From: Candidatus Poribacteria bacterium
GTDB taxonomy: Bacteria > Poribacteria > WGA-4E > WGA-3G
Direction: 5' to 3'
Assembly (NCBI GenBank): GCA_963663765.2
Contig: CAXXUA010000005.1
Location: 1,536,001 to 1,600,000 of the forward strand
Length of the DNA: 64,000 bases
Shown here: piece after piece, positions 52,843-63,484 of the stretch
How positions within the stretch are numbered: position 1 is the first letter of the stretch
Layout: each line of letters opens with the position of its first letter
Made by a program: the position numbers and the translations under genes
The notes under the pieces: generated by a model
What the model was told of the DNA's origin: nothing
Seen by the model: only the letters and a program-made list of their open reading frames with translations
Database searches by the model: none

Positions 52843-55497
52843 ATGACAAGTCTACCGAAGATTTACGATCCTCAGGAGTTTGAGGACAAATGGTACCAAT
52901 TTTGGCAAAGTAATGGTTTTTTTCATGCCGAATCCACTTCTGACAAACCCGCCTATGCGATAGTTATTCCCCCACCAAACATAACTGGTAGTCTGCATAT
53001 TGGACATGCACTTGATAACACACTCCAAGATTGTCTGATTAGATGGCGGCGCATGCAAGGTTACAATACACTTTGGATGCCGGGAACAGACCATGCGGGT
53101 ATTGTTACTGAACTTATAATGGAAAAAAAACTTGCTGAAGAAGGTACCAGCCGAAACGAACTTGGCAGAGAGAAGTTCATTGAACGTATGTGGCAATGGA
53201 AAAAGGAATCCGCCGGATATATTGTCTCGCAGCTACAACAACTGGGTTGTTCTTGTGATTGGGAACGGGAAAGGTTTACACTTGATGATGGGTTATCACA
53301 AGCTGTCCGAACTGCTTTTGTAAAACTCTATAACCAAGGACTGATATATCGTGATACGTATATGGTAAACTGGTGTCCTGAATGTAATACCGCAGTCAGC
53401 AACCTTGAGGTAGAACCGGTTGAAATTGATGGGAATTTCTATCATATTCAATATCCTGTGATGGATAGTAAAGTTGTACTTGAAATTGCTACGACACGGC
53501 CAGAAACAATGTTAGGAGATACCGCAGTTGCTGTGCATCCTGATGATGACAGATACCAGAATTTGGTTGGAAAAAAGGTGCTTCTTCCACTTGTAAATAG
53601 AGAAATACCAATCATAGCAGATGCTTATGTTGATACCGAATTTGGAACAGGTGCATTAAAAGTCACCCCTGCTCATGATGTCAATGACTATGAAATCGGT
53701 CTAAGGCACGACCTTGAACAACGAAACATCTTTACACCAGATGGACACATGAACGAAGATGCGGGAGAAGGCTATGTTGGCTTGTCGAGATGGAACTGCA
53801 GAAAAAGCGTCGTTGAAGATCTGGAGAAGAAGGGATATCTTGTCAAAATTGTTCCTCACAGACACGCAGTTGGACATCACGATAGATGCAATGCAATCGT
53901 TGAACCTGCCATATCACTACAATGGTTTATGAATGTGCGTCCTCTTGCACAACGTGCTATAGAAGCAACAAAAAAAGGCGAAATCAAATTCATACCTGAA
54001 CGTGAAACATCACGCTTTTTTCACTGGATGGAGAATATTGAACCGTGGCCCATTTCACGACAAAGATGGTGGGGACACAGATTACCTATATGGTATTGTG
54101 ATGCATGTGAAAAAATCATTGCAGCAATGGATACACCGCAGCAGTGCGAGTGTGGGTCAACAACCTTTCAGCAAGATGAAGATGTATTGGATACCTGGTT
54201 TAGTTCCGGCTTGTGGCCCTTTTCAACTATGGGATGGCCACAAGAAACTGATGAGTTGAAAACCTTTTATCCCACATCCGTGCTTGTCACTGGTTGGGAT
54301 ATACTGTTCTTCTGGGTGGCAAGGATGATTATGTTAGGTCTGGGATGTATGGACGAAGTGCCATTCCGTACAGTGTACTTGCACGGGCTTGTTGCTGACG
54401 AAAAAGGTCAGAAGATGAGCAAATCAAAAGGAAACAGTATTGATCCGTTGCAGACAATTGAAACCTACGGTACGGATGCATTCCGATTTGCGCTTGCAAA
54501 TGTAAGTACACCAATACCTTACGTGCCACTTCCAGAATCCCAGATAGAAGCGGGAAAAAGGTTTGCTAACAAAATCTGGAACTCAGCAAGGTTTATTCTG
54601 ATGAATTTGGAAAAATATCCAGTTCCAACAGAGAAACAAAACCATAGGAAAGATGACCCATTAGAGGTTCAATGGATACAGAGCCGCCTTAGCAAAACGA
54701 TAGAGGCTACGACAGATGCACTTGAAAACTTCCGTTTTTACGAAGTTGCGCAGACACTCTACGCATTTCTGTGGCATGAATTCTGTGATTGGTATCTGGA
54801 ATTTGCTAAACAACAGCTTACAAAAAACAATCCAGAAGCATTATGGTATGCTGCTAATGTCTTGGAACAAGTAATGCGCCTCTTGCACCCGATCATGCCA
54901 TTTTTAACTGAGGAAATTTGGCAACTACTTCCGCACACTAAAATTTCTACGTCTTCTAATGAACCTACTTCAGTTGCTATAGCACCCTGGCCAGAACCAA
55001 CTACAGAGAACCCGACAGCCGAAGTTATCATGACAACAATCATGGAAGTTATTGATAATATTAGAAGTATTCGTGGTGAGTTGAATGTGCCAATTGGGGC
55101 AGCAGTGGAGATACATATCCAATCACCAAATGCTGAAGTACGTACTAGACTTGAAACCTATCTTGACCAATACCTACCGGCTTTCACAAAAGTAGAGTCA
55201 ATCACTATTGCCGAGACATTGGAGAAACCGTCTAACTCTGCTGAAGCTGTGATAGGTGAACTGACTATCTATATTCCATTGATTGGGATCATTGATCTTG
55301 AAGCGGAACATGCCCGACTAACAAAACGTCATCAGCAAACAAGTAAAGACGTACTTGCTGCTCAGAAAACTTTAGACAATCCGAACTTTATAGAACGTGC
55401 TCCGAAAAATGTGATTACACAAAAACGTGAATTACTTGAAAGGTTATTGCTCGAACAAAAGAAATTAGCACGTAGTCTTGCAATGCTTTCTAAGTGA
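52843..55497 (+). CDS. valS: Valine--tRNA ligase
   Basis: PPPNITGSLHIGHAL, ATTRPETMLGD, KMSKSKGN, C-terminal coiled coil. Confidence 0.98.
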   Translation: MTSLPKIYDPQEFEDKWYQFWQSNGFFHAESTSDKPAYAIVIPPPNITGSLHIGHALDNTLQDCLIRWRRMQGYNTLWMPGTDHAGIVTELIMEKKLAEEGTSRNELGREKFIERMWQWKKESAGYIVSQLQQLGCSCDWERERFTLDDGLSQAVRTAFVKLYNQGLIYRDTYMVNWCPECNTAVSNLEVEPVEIDGNFYHIQYPVMDSKVVLEIATTRPETMLGDTAVAVHPDDDRYQNLVGKKVLLPLVNREIPIIADAYVDTEFGTGALKVTPAHDVNDYEIGLRHDLEQRNIFTPDGHMNEDAGEGYVGLSRWNCRKSVVEDLEKKGYLVKIVPHRHAVGHHDRCNAIVEPAISLQWFMNVRPLAQRAIEATKKGEIKFIPERETSRFFHWMENIEPWPISRQRWWGHRLPIWYCDACEKIIAAMDTPQQCECGSTTFQQDEDVLDTWFSSGLWPFSTMGWPQETDELKTFYPTSVLVTGWDILFFWVARMIMLGLGCMDEVPFRTVYLHGLVADEKGQKMSKSKGNSIDPLQTIETYGTDAFRFALANVSTPIPYVPLPESQIEAGKRFANKIWNSARFILMNLEKYPVPTEKQNHRKDDPLEVQWIQSRLSKTIEATTDALENFRFYEVAQTLYAFLWHEFCDWYLEFAKQQLTKNNPEALWYAANVLEQVMRLLHPIMPFLTEEIWQLLPHTKISTSSNEPTSVAIAPWPEPTTENPTAEVIMTTIMEVIDNIRSIRGELNVPIGAAVEIHIQSPNAEVRTRLETYLDQYLPAFTKVESITIAETLEKPSNSAEAVIGELTIYIPLIGIIDLEAEHARLTKRHQQTSKDVLAAQKTLDNPNFIERAPKNVITQKRELLERLLLEQKKLARSLAMLSK

Positions 55498-55538
55498 AAA
55501 TCTACTTATAAATACCTACGCAACATAGTAATGAAAAT

Positions 55539-55970
55539 ATGGGAATTGAAAATAACAATCGCTGTTTTGTTTGCGGCAAGAAAAATCCGTATGGGTTGCA
55601 AGTGAACCCGGAAATCAGGAACGCTGGAGCCGAAGTTCACATAGAATGCACCCCTCCCGAACACATGCAAGGTTGGGCAAACATTCTACACGGTGGTATC
55701 ATAAGTACACTCTTAGATGAGGCTATCACCCACATTGGAATAGGCACTTATGACGGCCCTGCTGTTACAGCACAACTTGAAGTGCGTTTTCGTAAACCAG
55801 CACCAACAGGTGTGAAGCTCTTTGTTTTTGCAGAGCGTACAAAAGTTTCACGACGTTTAATTGAGGCAAAGGCAGAGGTAAAACTTGACGATCAAACACT
55901 TATCGCTACTGGTACAGGCAAAGTTGTACCTGTTGATGAGAGTTTCGCACCGACACCTTCAACGCAATAG
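55539..55970 (+). CDS. PaaI-family thioesterase
   Basis: CFVCG..NPYGL, HGGIISTLLDE, TAQLEVRFRKP. Confidence 0.9.
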   Translation: MGIENNNRCFVCGKKNPYGLQVNPEIRNAGAEVHIECTPPEHMQGWANILHGGIISTLLDEAITHIGIGTYDGPAVTAQLEVRFRKPAPTGVKLFVFAERTKVSRRLIEAKAEVKLDDQTLIATGTGKVVPVDESFAPTPSTQ

Positions 55971-56001
55971 ACGTAAATGCTGAAAGGTTTGCAGCATATT
56001 T

Positions 56002-57684
56002 ATGAATACAGAAACAGATTTTTCGCCAATGAATTCAGAAGCGGGTATAGATTGGTCTACAGATGTCTTAATAATTGGTAGTGGTGCTGCAGGATTAAGG
56101 GCTGCACTTGCTGCAAGTGAAAGTGCTGATGTCACATTAATCACAAAAACAACCCTTAAAGAGAGTAATACGCTCTACGCGCAAGGTGGTATAGCCGTTG
56201 CTATGAACGTTGATGACACTGTTGACCTGCATGTCAAGGATACATGCAGTGCTGGGTGTGGTTTATGCGATACTCGTGTCGTAGAAACAATGGTTGAAGA
56301 AGGTATCCCCAGGGTAAATGAATTGTTGGAATGGGGTGCTGACTTTGATTGGGAAGGAACACTTCCCCGTTTTACACAAGAAGCCGCACACAGTCGCAGA
56401 AGAATCGTCCATAAAGGGGATGCCACTGGTCGTGAAACAACGGATGTTCTTGTTCAACGAGTATTAAATACAGAACGTATACATGTCTTATCAGATGCCT
56501 TTGCTGTTGATCTTATTACAGATGCAGAGTTTTCTACTGATAATATTGGTACAGCATGTCATGGCGTATCTGCTATCGTAGGAGGTCAACTAAAACATCT
56601 TTATGCCAAAGCAACAATTCTTGCGACAGGTGGACTTGGTCGTCTCTATCCGTGTACATCTAACCCTGAGGTTGCCACTGGAGATGGTTTTGCTGCAGCT
56701 TGGCGGGCAGGTTGTCAGATGATAGATATGGAGTTCGTCCAGTTCCACCCGACAACACTTTTCCTCGATGGTGCTCCAAGTTTTCTCATCTCAGAAGCAG
56801 TCCGAGGCGAAGGTGGACGATTGATCAACATTCGTGGTGAACGTTTCATGGATAAATACCATGAGAAAGGTGAACTTGCACCGCGCGATGTCGTCAGCAG
56901 AGCCATCCAAAATGAAATGTTTCTGACAGACTTCCCTTGTGTATATCTTGATATAACACACAAACCCGCAGATTTCATTAAAGAACGCTTCCCTACAATA
57001 TCTGCTACAACAAAACGCTATGGACTTGATATCAATATAGACTTAATTCCTGTGAGGCCGGGAGCACACTTTATGATGGGAGGAATTCGCACCGACGTTG
57101 AAACGGAAACGAATTTGCACGGACTTTATGCATGTGGTGAGGTAGCTTGCACTGGAGTACACGGTGCCAACCGTTTGGCAAGTAACTCACTGTTAGAATG
57201 TCTTGTTTTTGGCGTTCGTGCCGGAAGAAATGCAGCATCTTATGCAGTATCGCTAACATGTGAATCACCAACAAGAATCCAAATTGAGAAAAGTGACATT
57301 AATGAAGACCCAATCGTGTTAGAGGATGAAGTAATACTTGAACTGAAGGATGCTATTCGGGAGACGCTCTGGGAGAACGTCGCGATTGAACGCGATCAAG
57401 AGGGATTAGAACTCACGCTATCCGATCTTGAAGAAATAGGTGCAGAACTCAATCTACATCCAAGTTCATCAATGCCTATACAGACAACGGATGTCGGTTT
57501 TTGTGAAACTATCAATATGTTGAATGTTGCATGGATGATTACGAAGGCAGCACTGACCAGAGATGAAAGCCGTGGGGCACACTACCGTGCAGATTTTCCT
57601 GATCAGGACGAATCTGGTTGGCAGAGACGTACTGTGATGGCACAAAACAAAGAACCTGAATTTGTCAAACTAAAGTCTAATTAG
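56002..57684 (+). CDS. nadB: L-aspartate oxidase
   Basis: GSGAAGL, YAQGGIA, EAAHSRRRIVH, QFHPT, GVHGANRLASNSLLE, ESRGAHYR. Confidence 0.95.
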   Translation: MNTETDFSPMNSEAGIDWSTDVLIIGSGAAGLRAALAASESADVTLITKTTLKESNTLYAQGGIAVAMNVDDTVDLHVKDTCSAGCGLCDTRVVETMVEEGIPRVNELLEWGADFDWEGTLPRFTQEAAHSRRRIVHKGDATGRETTDVLVQRVLNTERIHVLSDAFAVDLITDAEFSTDNIGTACHGVSAIVGGQLKHLYAKATILATGGLGRLYPCTSNPEVATGDGFAAAWRAGCQMIDMEFVQFHPTTLFLDGAPSFLISEAVRGEGGRLINIRGERFMDKYHEKGELAPRDVVSRAIQNEMFLTDFPCVYLDITHKPADFIKERFPTISATTKRYGLDINIDLIPVRPGAHFMMGGIRTDVETETNLHGLYACGEVACTGVHGANRLASNSLLECLVFGVRAGRNAASYAVSLTCESPTRIQIEKSDINEDPIVLEDEVILELKDAIRETLWENVAIERDQEGLELTLSDLEEIGAELNLHPSSSMPIQTTDVGFCETINMLNVAWMITKAALTRDESRGAHYRADFPDQDESGWQRRTVMAQNKEPEFVKLKSN

Positions 57685-57685
57685 C

Positions 57686-58050
57686 CAGGGTTATTTAGTT
57701 TTAAGAATTATCAGTTAATGGGTGTTACTTAAAGTTTATATCGTAGGTCGGGTAGAGCGTATGCGAAACCCATAGGTATCAACTTAAGAAAAAAATGTTG
57801 GCATATTCGCTTGTGGGAGGGGTTTGTAACCCCGATTTGAGTGGAAATGAACATAAAATCGGGGTTGCAAACCCCTCCCACAAGAGGTCAGAATCCTTAA
57901 GTTGACACCTATGGGTAGAGCGTATGCGAAACCCTACATGTATTGATTTTGTCTATCATGTCGGGTTTCGCTCACGCTCTACCCGACCTACGATATTAAA
58001 TCACGAATGTTATAAATATCTGCCAAAATATCTAAAACTGAATAACCCTG
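57686..58050. mobile_element. Family-C MITE with 9-bp TSD, containing a nested family-B MITE (57771-57913)
   Basis: TSD CTAATTAGC at 57677-57685 and 58051-58059; inner element flanked by a perfect 20-bp repeat GGTAGAGCGTATGCGAAACC. Confidence 0.9.
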
Positions 58051-58150
58051 CTAATTAGCAATCAAACTTGTCATATTCATACCCCGCAGAAGCGAAATCC
58101 GAATCGCGAACCGATATAGTCAGCAATCGGATTACCCTCCTACAAGATAT

Positions 58151-60409
58151 TTATTTGTCAGATGGAAGTTGTCCTATGATAGGATTTTCTAAAGGATTCT
58201 TTGAATCACCGAACGCAGAATTCACTGCTGGTGCTTCTGGCTGACCATAGATTTCCACATAATTGTCAAAACTATTGATGACCTTTTTGATGTGGAGTCG
58301 GGTTTCTCGGATTGTAATTTTTTCAACAAACTCATCAATATCCTTAATCTTCTTAGATTCTAACCACCGTTTCATTCTACCCGGTCCACCATTGTATGCA
58401 CCAGAAACTAACATTGCGTTACCGTCAAACATTGAATTGAGTTCACCGATATATTTTGTCCCCATCCGTATGTTTACTTCAGGAATCTTTAGCATAGATG
58501 AGTGGAATCTACGTATCTTGAGTTGGCGTGCAAGTTCTCTACCGGTTGACGGCATGATTTGCATTAGACCTATTGCACCAGCCCAACTAATTGCATCTCT
58601 TCGGTAACGACTTTCTTCTAAGATCATTGCATAAACTAAGGAAGCATCCACATCATACTGTTTAGAGTATTTCTCCACTAACTTTTCATAATGTAGAGGA
58701 TAAAGTTGTCTGCGGAGTTGTGCCAATTCGTTACTTGCCTGATTATCAAAAGTTGTGCTAACAAGTGCTTTTTCTGCTATTTCACGTGCCATGTCATATC
58801 TTGACAAACGTTCATAACAGGTTATCAAAGCGTAGTAACATTCCCTCGCCGCATCTGGTGTTTTGTCAATGTAACGAGACATCAGATAAATTGCGTCCTC
58901 ATAAAGTCTGAGTTTCATCATTGTCGGCAGTTGTTCAGGGCATCTTTCATTGAGAGGTAATTCTGAATCCGGTATGGCTTTGGGTTCCAATTCAGATGTT
59001 GTGACATTAAGGATTGCTTTTGCTCTGGCACTATAATACCAGTAACGTGCTTTTGCCACCTCTGCATATATTTTTCTTGCGAGTTCAGGTTTATTCTGTC
59101 GTTCGCGTATTTTTGCCATCCAGAAATGTGCGCCCATAGCATAACGATTGCCTGGAAAGTTTTCCTTTAGTCCTTCAAAAGCTTTATAACTTTCTTCATA
59201 TCGTTTTTCATCAAACCGCAACCAACCGATTTTCCATGCTGCCCAATCCGCATACTCACTACCAGGAGCAACGTCAATTAGTCTTGAATATGCGTCAAGT
59301 ACTAACTCAACTTTACCACGTTGGTCTTGGATCTGTGCAATGTCATAAAGTGCATTATCTACAAATTCACTCCATGGATATTTCTTGACAAAACTTTCAA
59401 GACGATTGACAGCGGTAGTTACACTTCCTTTATTTCGATATATTTGTGCGATTTGGTAGTGTGCGCGAGTTAGGAAGTCAGATTTTTTTCCAAGCGTGAT
59501 GACTGCATTGTAATTCTTCATAGCCGTATTATACCACCTTCTTGCTTGATTGCTCTGTCCCAGATGGTAAAACGCGCGACCTTTGAGTCTTGGATCTGAA
59601 CTTCTCGTTAGTGGCGTGAATTCATTTACTGCAGAATTCCATTTGTTTTGATGATAAAGAACTAACCCACAATTTAACTTATCTTCCACAGTGAGTTTTA
59701 GTGAACTGTGGTCACGAGCAAGCATTTTTAATTTGCCAAGTGCATTGTCAGCTATTTTATCCGACTGTTTTTGTCTAATGAGTTTCTGATGTATTTTAAA
59801 GGCTTCTAAGTAATTTGCCAATCCTTCTTCACAACGTCCTAATGCATAAATAGCCTCACGAGCATGCATGGGGTGGTCAATTATGCCAACTAAGTGTTCT
59901 TTTGCTTTTGCATAATGTCTATGTTTTAGGAGGAGTTCTGCTAAACTCCATTTGACATCACCGATATACACACTATTTTCATAATTTCTGACGAGATGTG
60001 TATACCATTGTATCGCCTTGGTATCATTGTTCATATCCTCATACAACTTAGCGAGACGATAGTTTGCGCTGTCTGCAAGTATATAATCCTTCGTAATTGC
60101 TTGAACATAATGCCCCACTGCTTTTGGTCGATTCCGAGATTTTTCATAAGCATAACCGAGTGCATGATGTATTTCTAAACTTTCTAATTTCGTCAATTTT
60201 GTCTTCAGAATATTCTCTAATTTTGGAATAGCTTTTTTGTAATCGCCATTATCTATTACTGCAAAAGCATCCTTCCAAGCAGGTTTGATGTCATCATCTG
60301 CGTTAAGAATCGTTCCGCTTAGCAATATCATACAGAAAAGCAAGAACGCACCGATTACAAACCTTATTTCATAAGTATTTTGTGTCTTTTTAGAAAACCC
60401 CATTTTCAC
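58151..60409 (-). CDS. TPR-containing soluble lytic transglycosylase (Slt-like)
   Basis: Signal peptide, TPR array, EESRY...SWAGAIGLMQIMPST, GAYNGGPG, ETRLHIKKV. Confidence 0.92.
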   Translation of the reverse strand: MKMGFSKKTQNTYEIRFVIGAFLLFCMILLSGTILNADDDIKPAWKDAFAVIDNGDYKKAIPKLENILKTKLTKLESLEIHHALGYAYEKSRNRPKAVGHYVQAITKDYILADSANYRLAKLYEDMNNDTKAIQWYTHLVRNYENSVYIGDVKWSLAELLLKHRHYAKAKEHLVGIIDHPMHAREAIYALGRCEEGLANYLEAFKIHQKLIRQKQSDKIADNALGKLKMLARDHSSLKLTVEDKLNCGLVLYHQNKWNSAVNEFTPLTRSSDPRLKGRAFYHLGQSNQARRWYNTAMKNYNAVITLGKKSDFLTRAHYQIAQIYRNKGSVTTAVNRLESFVKKYPWSEFVDNALYDIAQIQDQRGKVELVLDAYSRLIDVAPGSEYADWAAWKIGWLRFDEKRYEESYKAFEGLKENFPGNRYAMGAHFWMAKIRERQNKPELARKIYAEVAKARYWYYSARAKAILNVTTSELEPKAIPDSELPLNERCPEQLPTMMKLRLYEDAIYLMSRYIDKTPDAARECYYALITCYERLSRYDMAREIAEKALVSTTFDNQASNELAQLRRQLYPLHYEKLVEKYSKQYDVDASLVYAMILEESRYRRDAISWAGAIGLMQIMPSTGRELARQLKIRRFHSSMLKIPEVNIRMGTKYIGELNSMFDGNAMLVSGAYNGGPGRMKRWLESKKIKDIDEFVEKITIRETRLHIKKVINSFDNYVEIYGQPEAPAVNSAFGDSKNPLENPIIGQLPSDK

Positions 60410-60918
60410 TTTTAAGCGTGATTGTAACTACACGCTTTTCCTCCTCATACAAAGACTATGAACGACATATTAATGTAAAAAGCCAAATTATTTGTGTGGT
60501 GTGAAAGAACACTCCACACCAAATTATATATTTTAACGTAACTTATTAGCAAAAAGCAACAAAAATGTGAGAATTGTTAATTTCAAATGGAAATGATAAT
60601 TGTACTCTATTCCATCAATTCAAATAAATATTGTTTCATAATGGAATTCGATTATTATTGTTTTTTGCGCTACTTTCTTCTTTTGGAATGATCTCCGAAT
60701 CACGATTAAACACAAGAATAGTTGGAAATCGGAGTCCCCTGTTACAATGATGAAGATTAACATATTAATTCGGTAATAAATATTTCTCACTCGGTAGGCG
60801 GGGATGCCTAAAGAAGCATGCGCGTATGGCATGCTCCATGATTCATACTGTTGATTTGGCGCTTTGTAAACGCGCTGTTGGGACTTGATGTGCCAGCGCG
60901 CTTATATGAAGATTAAGT

Positions 60919-61077
60919 TATACCATTTCAAATAAATCTTGTCTCATTAAGGAATTCTACTGTTTACTGGCAGGGGGTTACTCTCTTCGGTAGGAGCGAC
61001 CTCCCGGTCGCGACCGGGAGGTCGCTCCTACCAGATTTCCGCTGCTAATGAGACATTATCACATGAAAATGGTATTA
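60919..61077. mobile_element. Family-D MITE with a perfect 44-bp REP palindrome
   Basis: TATACCATTTCAAATAAATCTTGTCTCATTA ... TAATGAGACATTATCACATGAAAATGGTAT; palindrome at 60989-61032. Confidence 0.75.
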
Positions 61078-61210
61078 GATTGAATTATCTAACTTATTTA
61101 TTTATCTTCATCATTGTAGACAATTCTTCTTGATTATACATCATATTTATAGAGAATGCTCGACAGTTGAATGACTCTGTATGTAGAAAAGTGTTAGCTT
61201 TTCACGCAAA

Positions 61211-63472
61211 TCATTTAGAAGGTACATCCCAGAGCAGAATAGTTCCGGTATTGTACCCTTGAATGTCACCACCTCCAATACTTGCAAGAGTTTTTCCATC
61301 AGGAGTGAATTCTAAACCGCTAATAAAAACTCCGTGTCCATTATATGTGGTAAGGAGTTGTCCAGTCGTTAAATCCCAAAGAGATATTTTCCCAGACGCA
61401 TCTCCACATGCGAGAAGTTTCCCATTTGGAGAAAATGCCAACCTACTCACTGTGGATTCATGCTTGAGGATGATATGCGGACGAACTTTCGGAATATCCC
61501 ACAGATACACTGCATTATCTTGTCCCGCAGCTGCGAGAGTTTTTCCATCGTGAGAAAACGTTAATGCATAAATACGGAATCTTTGTAATCTAAATGTTTC
61601 TAATAAAACGTTTTTAAGACCCCCTTCTATTTTGAGTTTTACCTGTTTTCCAGTTTGAGTATCCCACAGATTTATTGCATCTTCTAATCCAACAGCAAGA
61701 TTATTTCCATCAGCTGACAAAGCCGATACAGCAACACGTGTCCCAACTTTTGAAAACGTATTCATAAGTTTTTTGTTTTGAACATCCCACATCTCAATTC
61801 CCGGATTTGTTTCGATCGCCAACTTTTCACCATTTGGAGTCATCACGGATTTATTATGAAGGGTGATAACTGCTCCATCGCCAAATGAAGTGTAGGAATG
61901 ATCACGGAATACATCTTTGACAATAAATACATCTACCTGTTCTCCAGTAGCAAAATCCCATACTCTAATTTCACTCTCACTGTTACTCATTCTGCATTCC
62001 CCGATAAGATTGGCATTATCTTTGGTTATAGCTAAGCTGCTGATACTATCTGTTTCTATTGATTTCCACTTTTTGTGGTTGTTCGCATCCCATATTTGAA
62101 TCTTACCGCTGATATCTCCGCTTACAAAATACTTACCATCGTGCGAAACTACCACTGTCGTGAACGGATTGTTATAACCTTTAATAAGGGCGCGCAACTG
62201 CATAGTGTTTTGTGTACCCCGCAGAGCAACAACCCCGTTTCTATCAGTTGTGACAAGGATTGCACCGTCATGAGATAATAGAAGACGTTCTGGAGAATAC
62301 TCTACCCATTCTATGACTTGAGTATGTTTTGCAATTTCCTGTTGTGTGGAAATGTTCCATATTTTATAGCCATCATTGTCTATAATTATAAGTGTTTTTC
62401 CATCTCCAGAAAACTTTATTTTCCCTTCTTTTGGATACTCAGCGATTTTGCGTCGAGATGGGACATCCCAGAGTGCATAACCTTTGTCGTCAAGAATAGC
62501 CAAGGTCTTACCATCACCTGAAAATGTCACCTCTATTCCCCATTGAAGCACAGCAAGTTGTTTCCCCGTGCTAACATCCCATATTTCTGTTGGACCTCCC
62601 TGACCTTCTGAACCACTCCTAAGTGCGCGTCTATAGTTTGCTGTACTCACAAGGGTTTTGCCATCGGGGGCAAAATTTAGAGAGTTCACCCATTTCATAT
62701 AAGATCCTCCATCCTTTACATCCGGATCGTGAAAATATGGACGTGACGATTTAATAGGTAAAGATTCACTATCATACGTTTGAGATATAAGTTTCCTTAT
62801 TTCATCATTATTCTTGACGTTTCGGATGCTGATGGAACCATCCTTGTTACCAGCACCAATAATATAATCACCCGTTTCATCAACATAGACATCAGCTGCA
62901 CGTTGCCATGTTCTATATGTTTTAGAATCGAGTTTGGGTAAATTAGGGTTGAAGGTGGTTATCTGTTCTCCGTTAGAAACATTCCATAGCCAAATGACAC
63001 CAGACCAATTCTGGCTTATGAGAACTTTATTATCAGGTGAGAATTTCAAAGATGTGAAAGGTCCATCGGGTGTATCTATTTTCAACCTAAGTTCACCCGT
63101 ATCAATATTCCAAAAGTGTATCGTCTTATCATAACGGTTAATTGCAAGTATCCTGCTATCAGGAGAAAATGCTATCTGAGAAGCATACTGCGGATCAAAT
63201 TTTATCAGTGGGGTGTTTTGTGTGTTTGTACTTACATCATATAACCATACACCCGCATAACTGGAAATAGCCAACCGTTTATTATCTGGCGACAGTTGCA
63301 CATCAATGATTGTCCCTTTTCCAATGCGCGCTTTAGCACCATCAGGTAAATGCATTTGCTTATAATCTTGTGCGGATAGGTTTGGTAAATTAAATATAAA
63401 CAGAACCAACAAGATCAATATATTGAAAAAGTAATTTATCTTCATTGCATAAATTCCTCTAATGTTGAACAA
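61211..63472 (-). CDS. Secreted WD40-repeat protein (~750 aa)
   Basis: Signal peptide, LPDGAKARIGKG, WD40 repeats ending TILLWD; alternative start at 63445. Confidence 0.92.
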   Translation of the reverse strand: MFNIRGIYAMKINYFFNILILLVLFIFNLPNLSAQDYKQMHLPDGAKARIGKGTIIDVQLSPDNKRLAISSYAGVWLYDVSTNTQNTPLIKFDPQYASQIAFSPDSRILAINRYDKTIHFWNIDTGELRLKIDTPDGPFTSLKFSPDNKVLISQNWSGVIWLWNVSNGEQITTFNPNLPKLDSKTYRTWQRAADVYVDETGDYIIGAGNKDGSISIRNVKNNDEIRKLISQTYDSESLPIKSSRPYFHDPDVKDGGSYMKWVNSLNFAPDGKTLVSTANYRRALRSGSEGQGGPTEIWDVSTGKQLAVLQWGIEVTFSGDGKTLAILDDKGYALWDVPSRRKIAEYPKEGKIKFSGDGKTLIIIDNDGYKIWNISTQQEIAKHTQVIEWVEYSPERLLLSHDGAILVTTDRNGVVALRGTQNTMQLRALIKGYNNPFTTVVVSHDGKYFVSGDISGKIQIWDANNHKKWKSIETDSISSLAITKDNANLIGECRMSNSESEIRVWDFATGEQVDVFIVKDVFRDHSYTSFGDGAVITLHNKSVMTPNGEKLAIETNPGIEMWDVQNKKLMNTFSKVGTRVAVSALSADGNNLAVGLEDAINLWDTQTGKQVKLKIEGGLKNVLLETFRLQRFRIYALTFSHDGKTLAAAGQDNAVYLWDIPKVRPHIILKHESTVSRLAFSPNGKLLACGDASGKISLWDLTTGQLLTTYNGHGVFISGLEFTPDGKTLASIGGGDIQGYNTGTILLWDVPSK

Positions 63473-63484
63473 AAAATGTAATCA

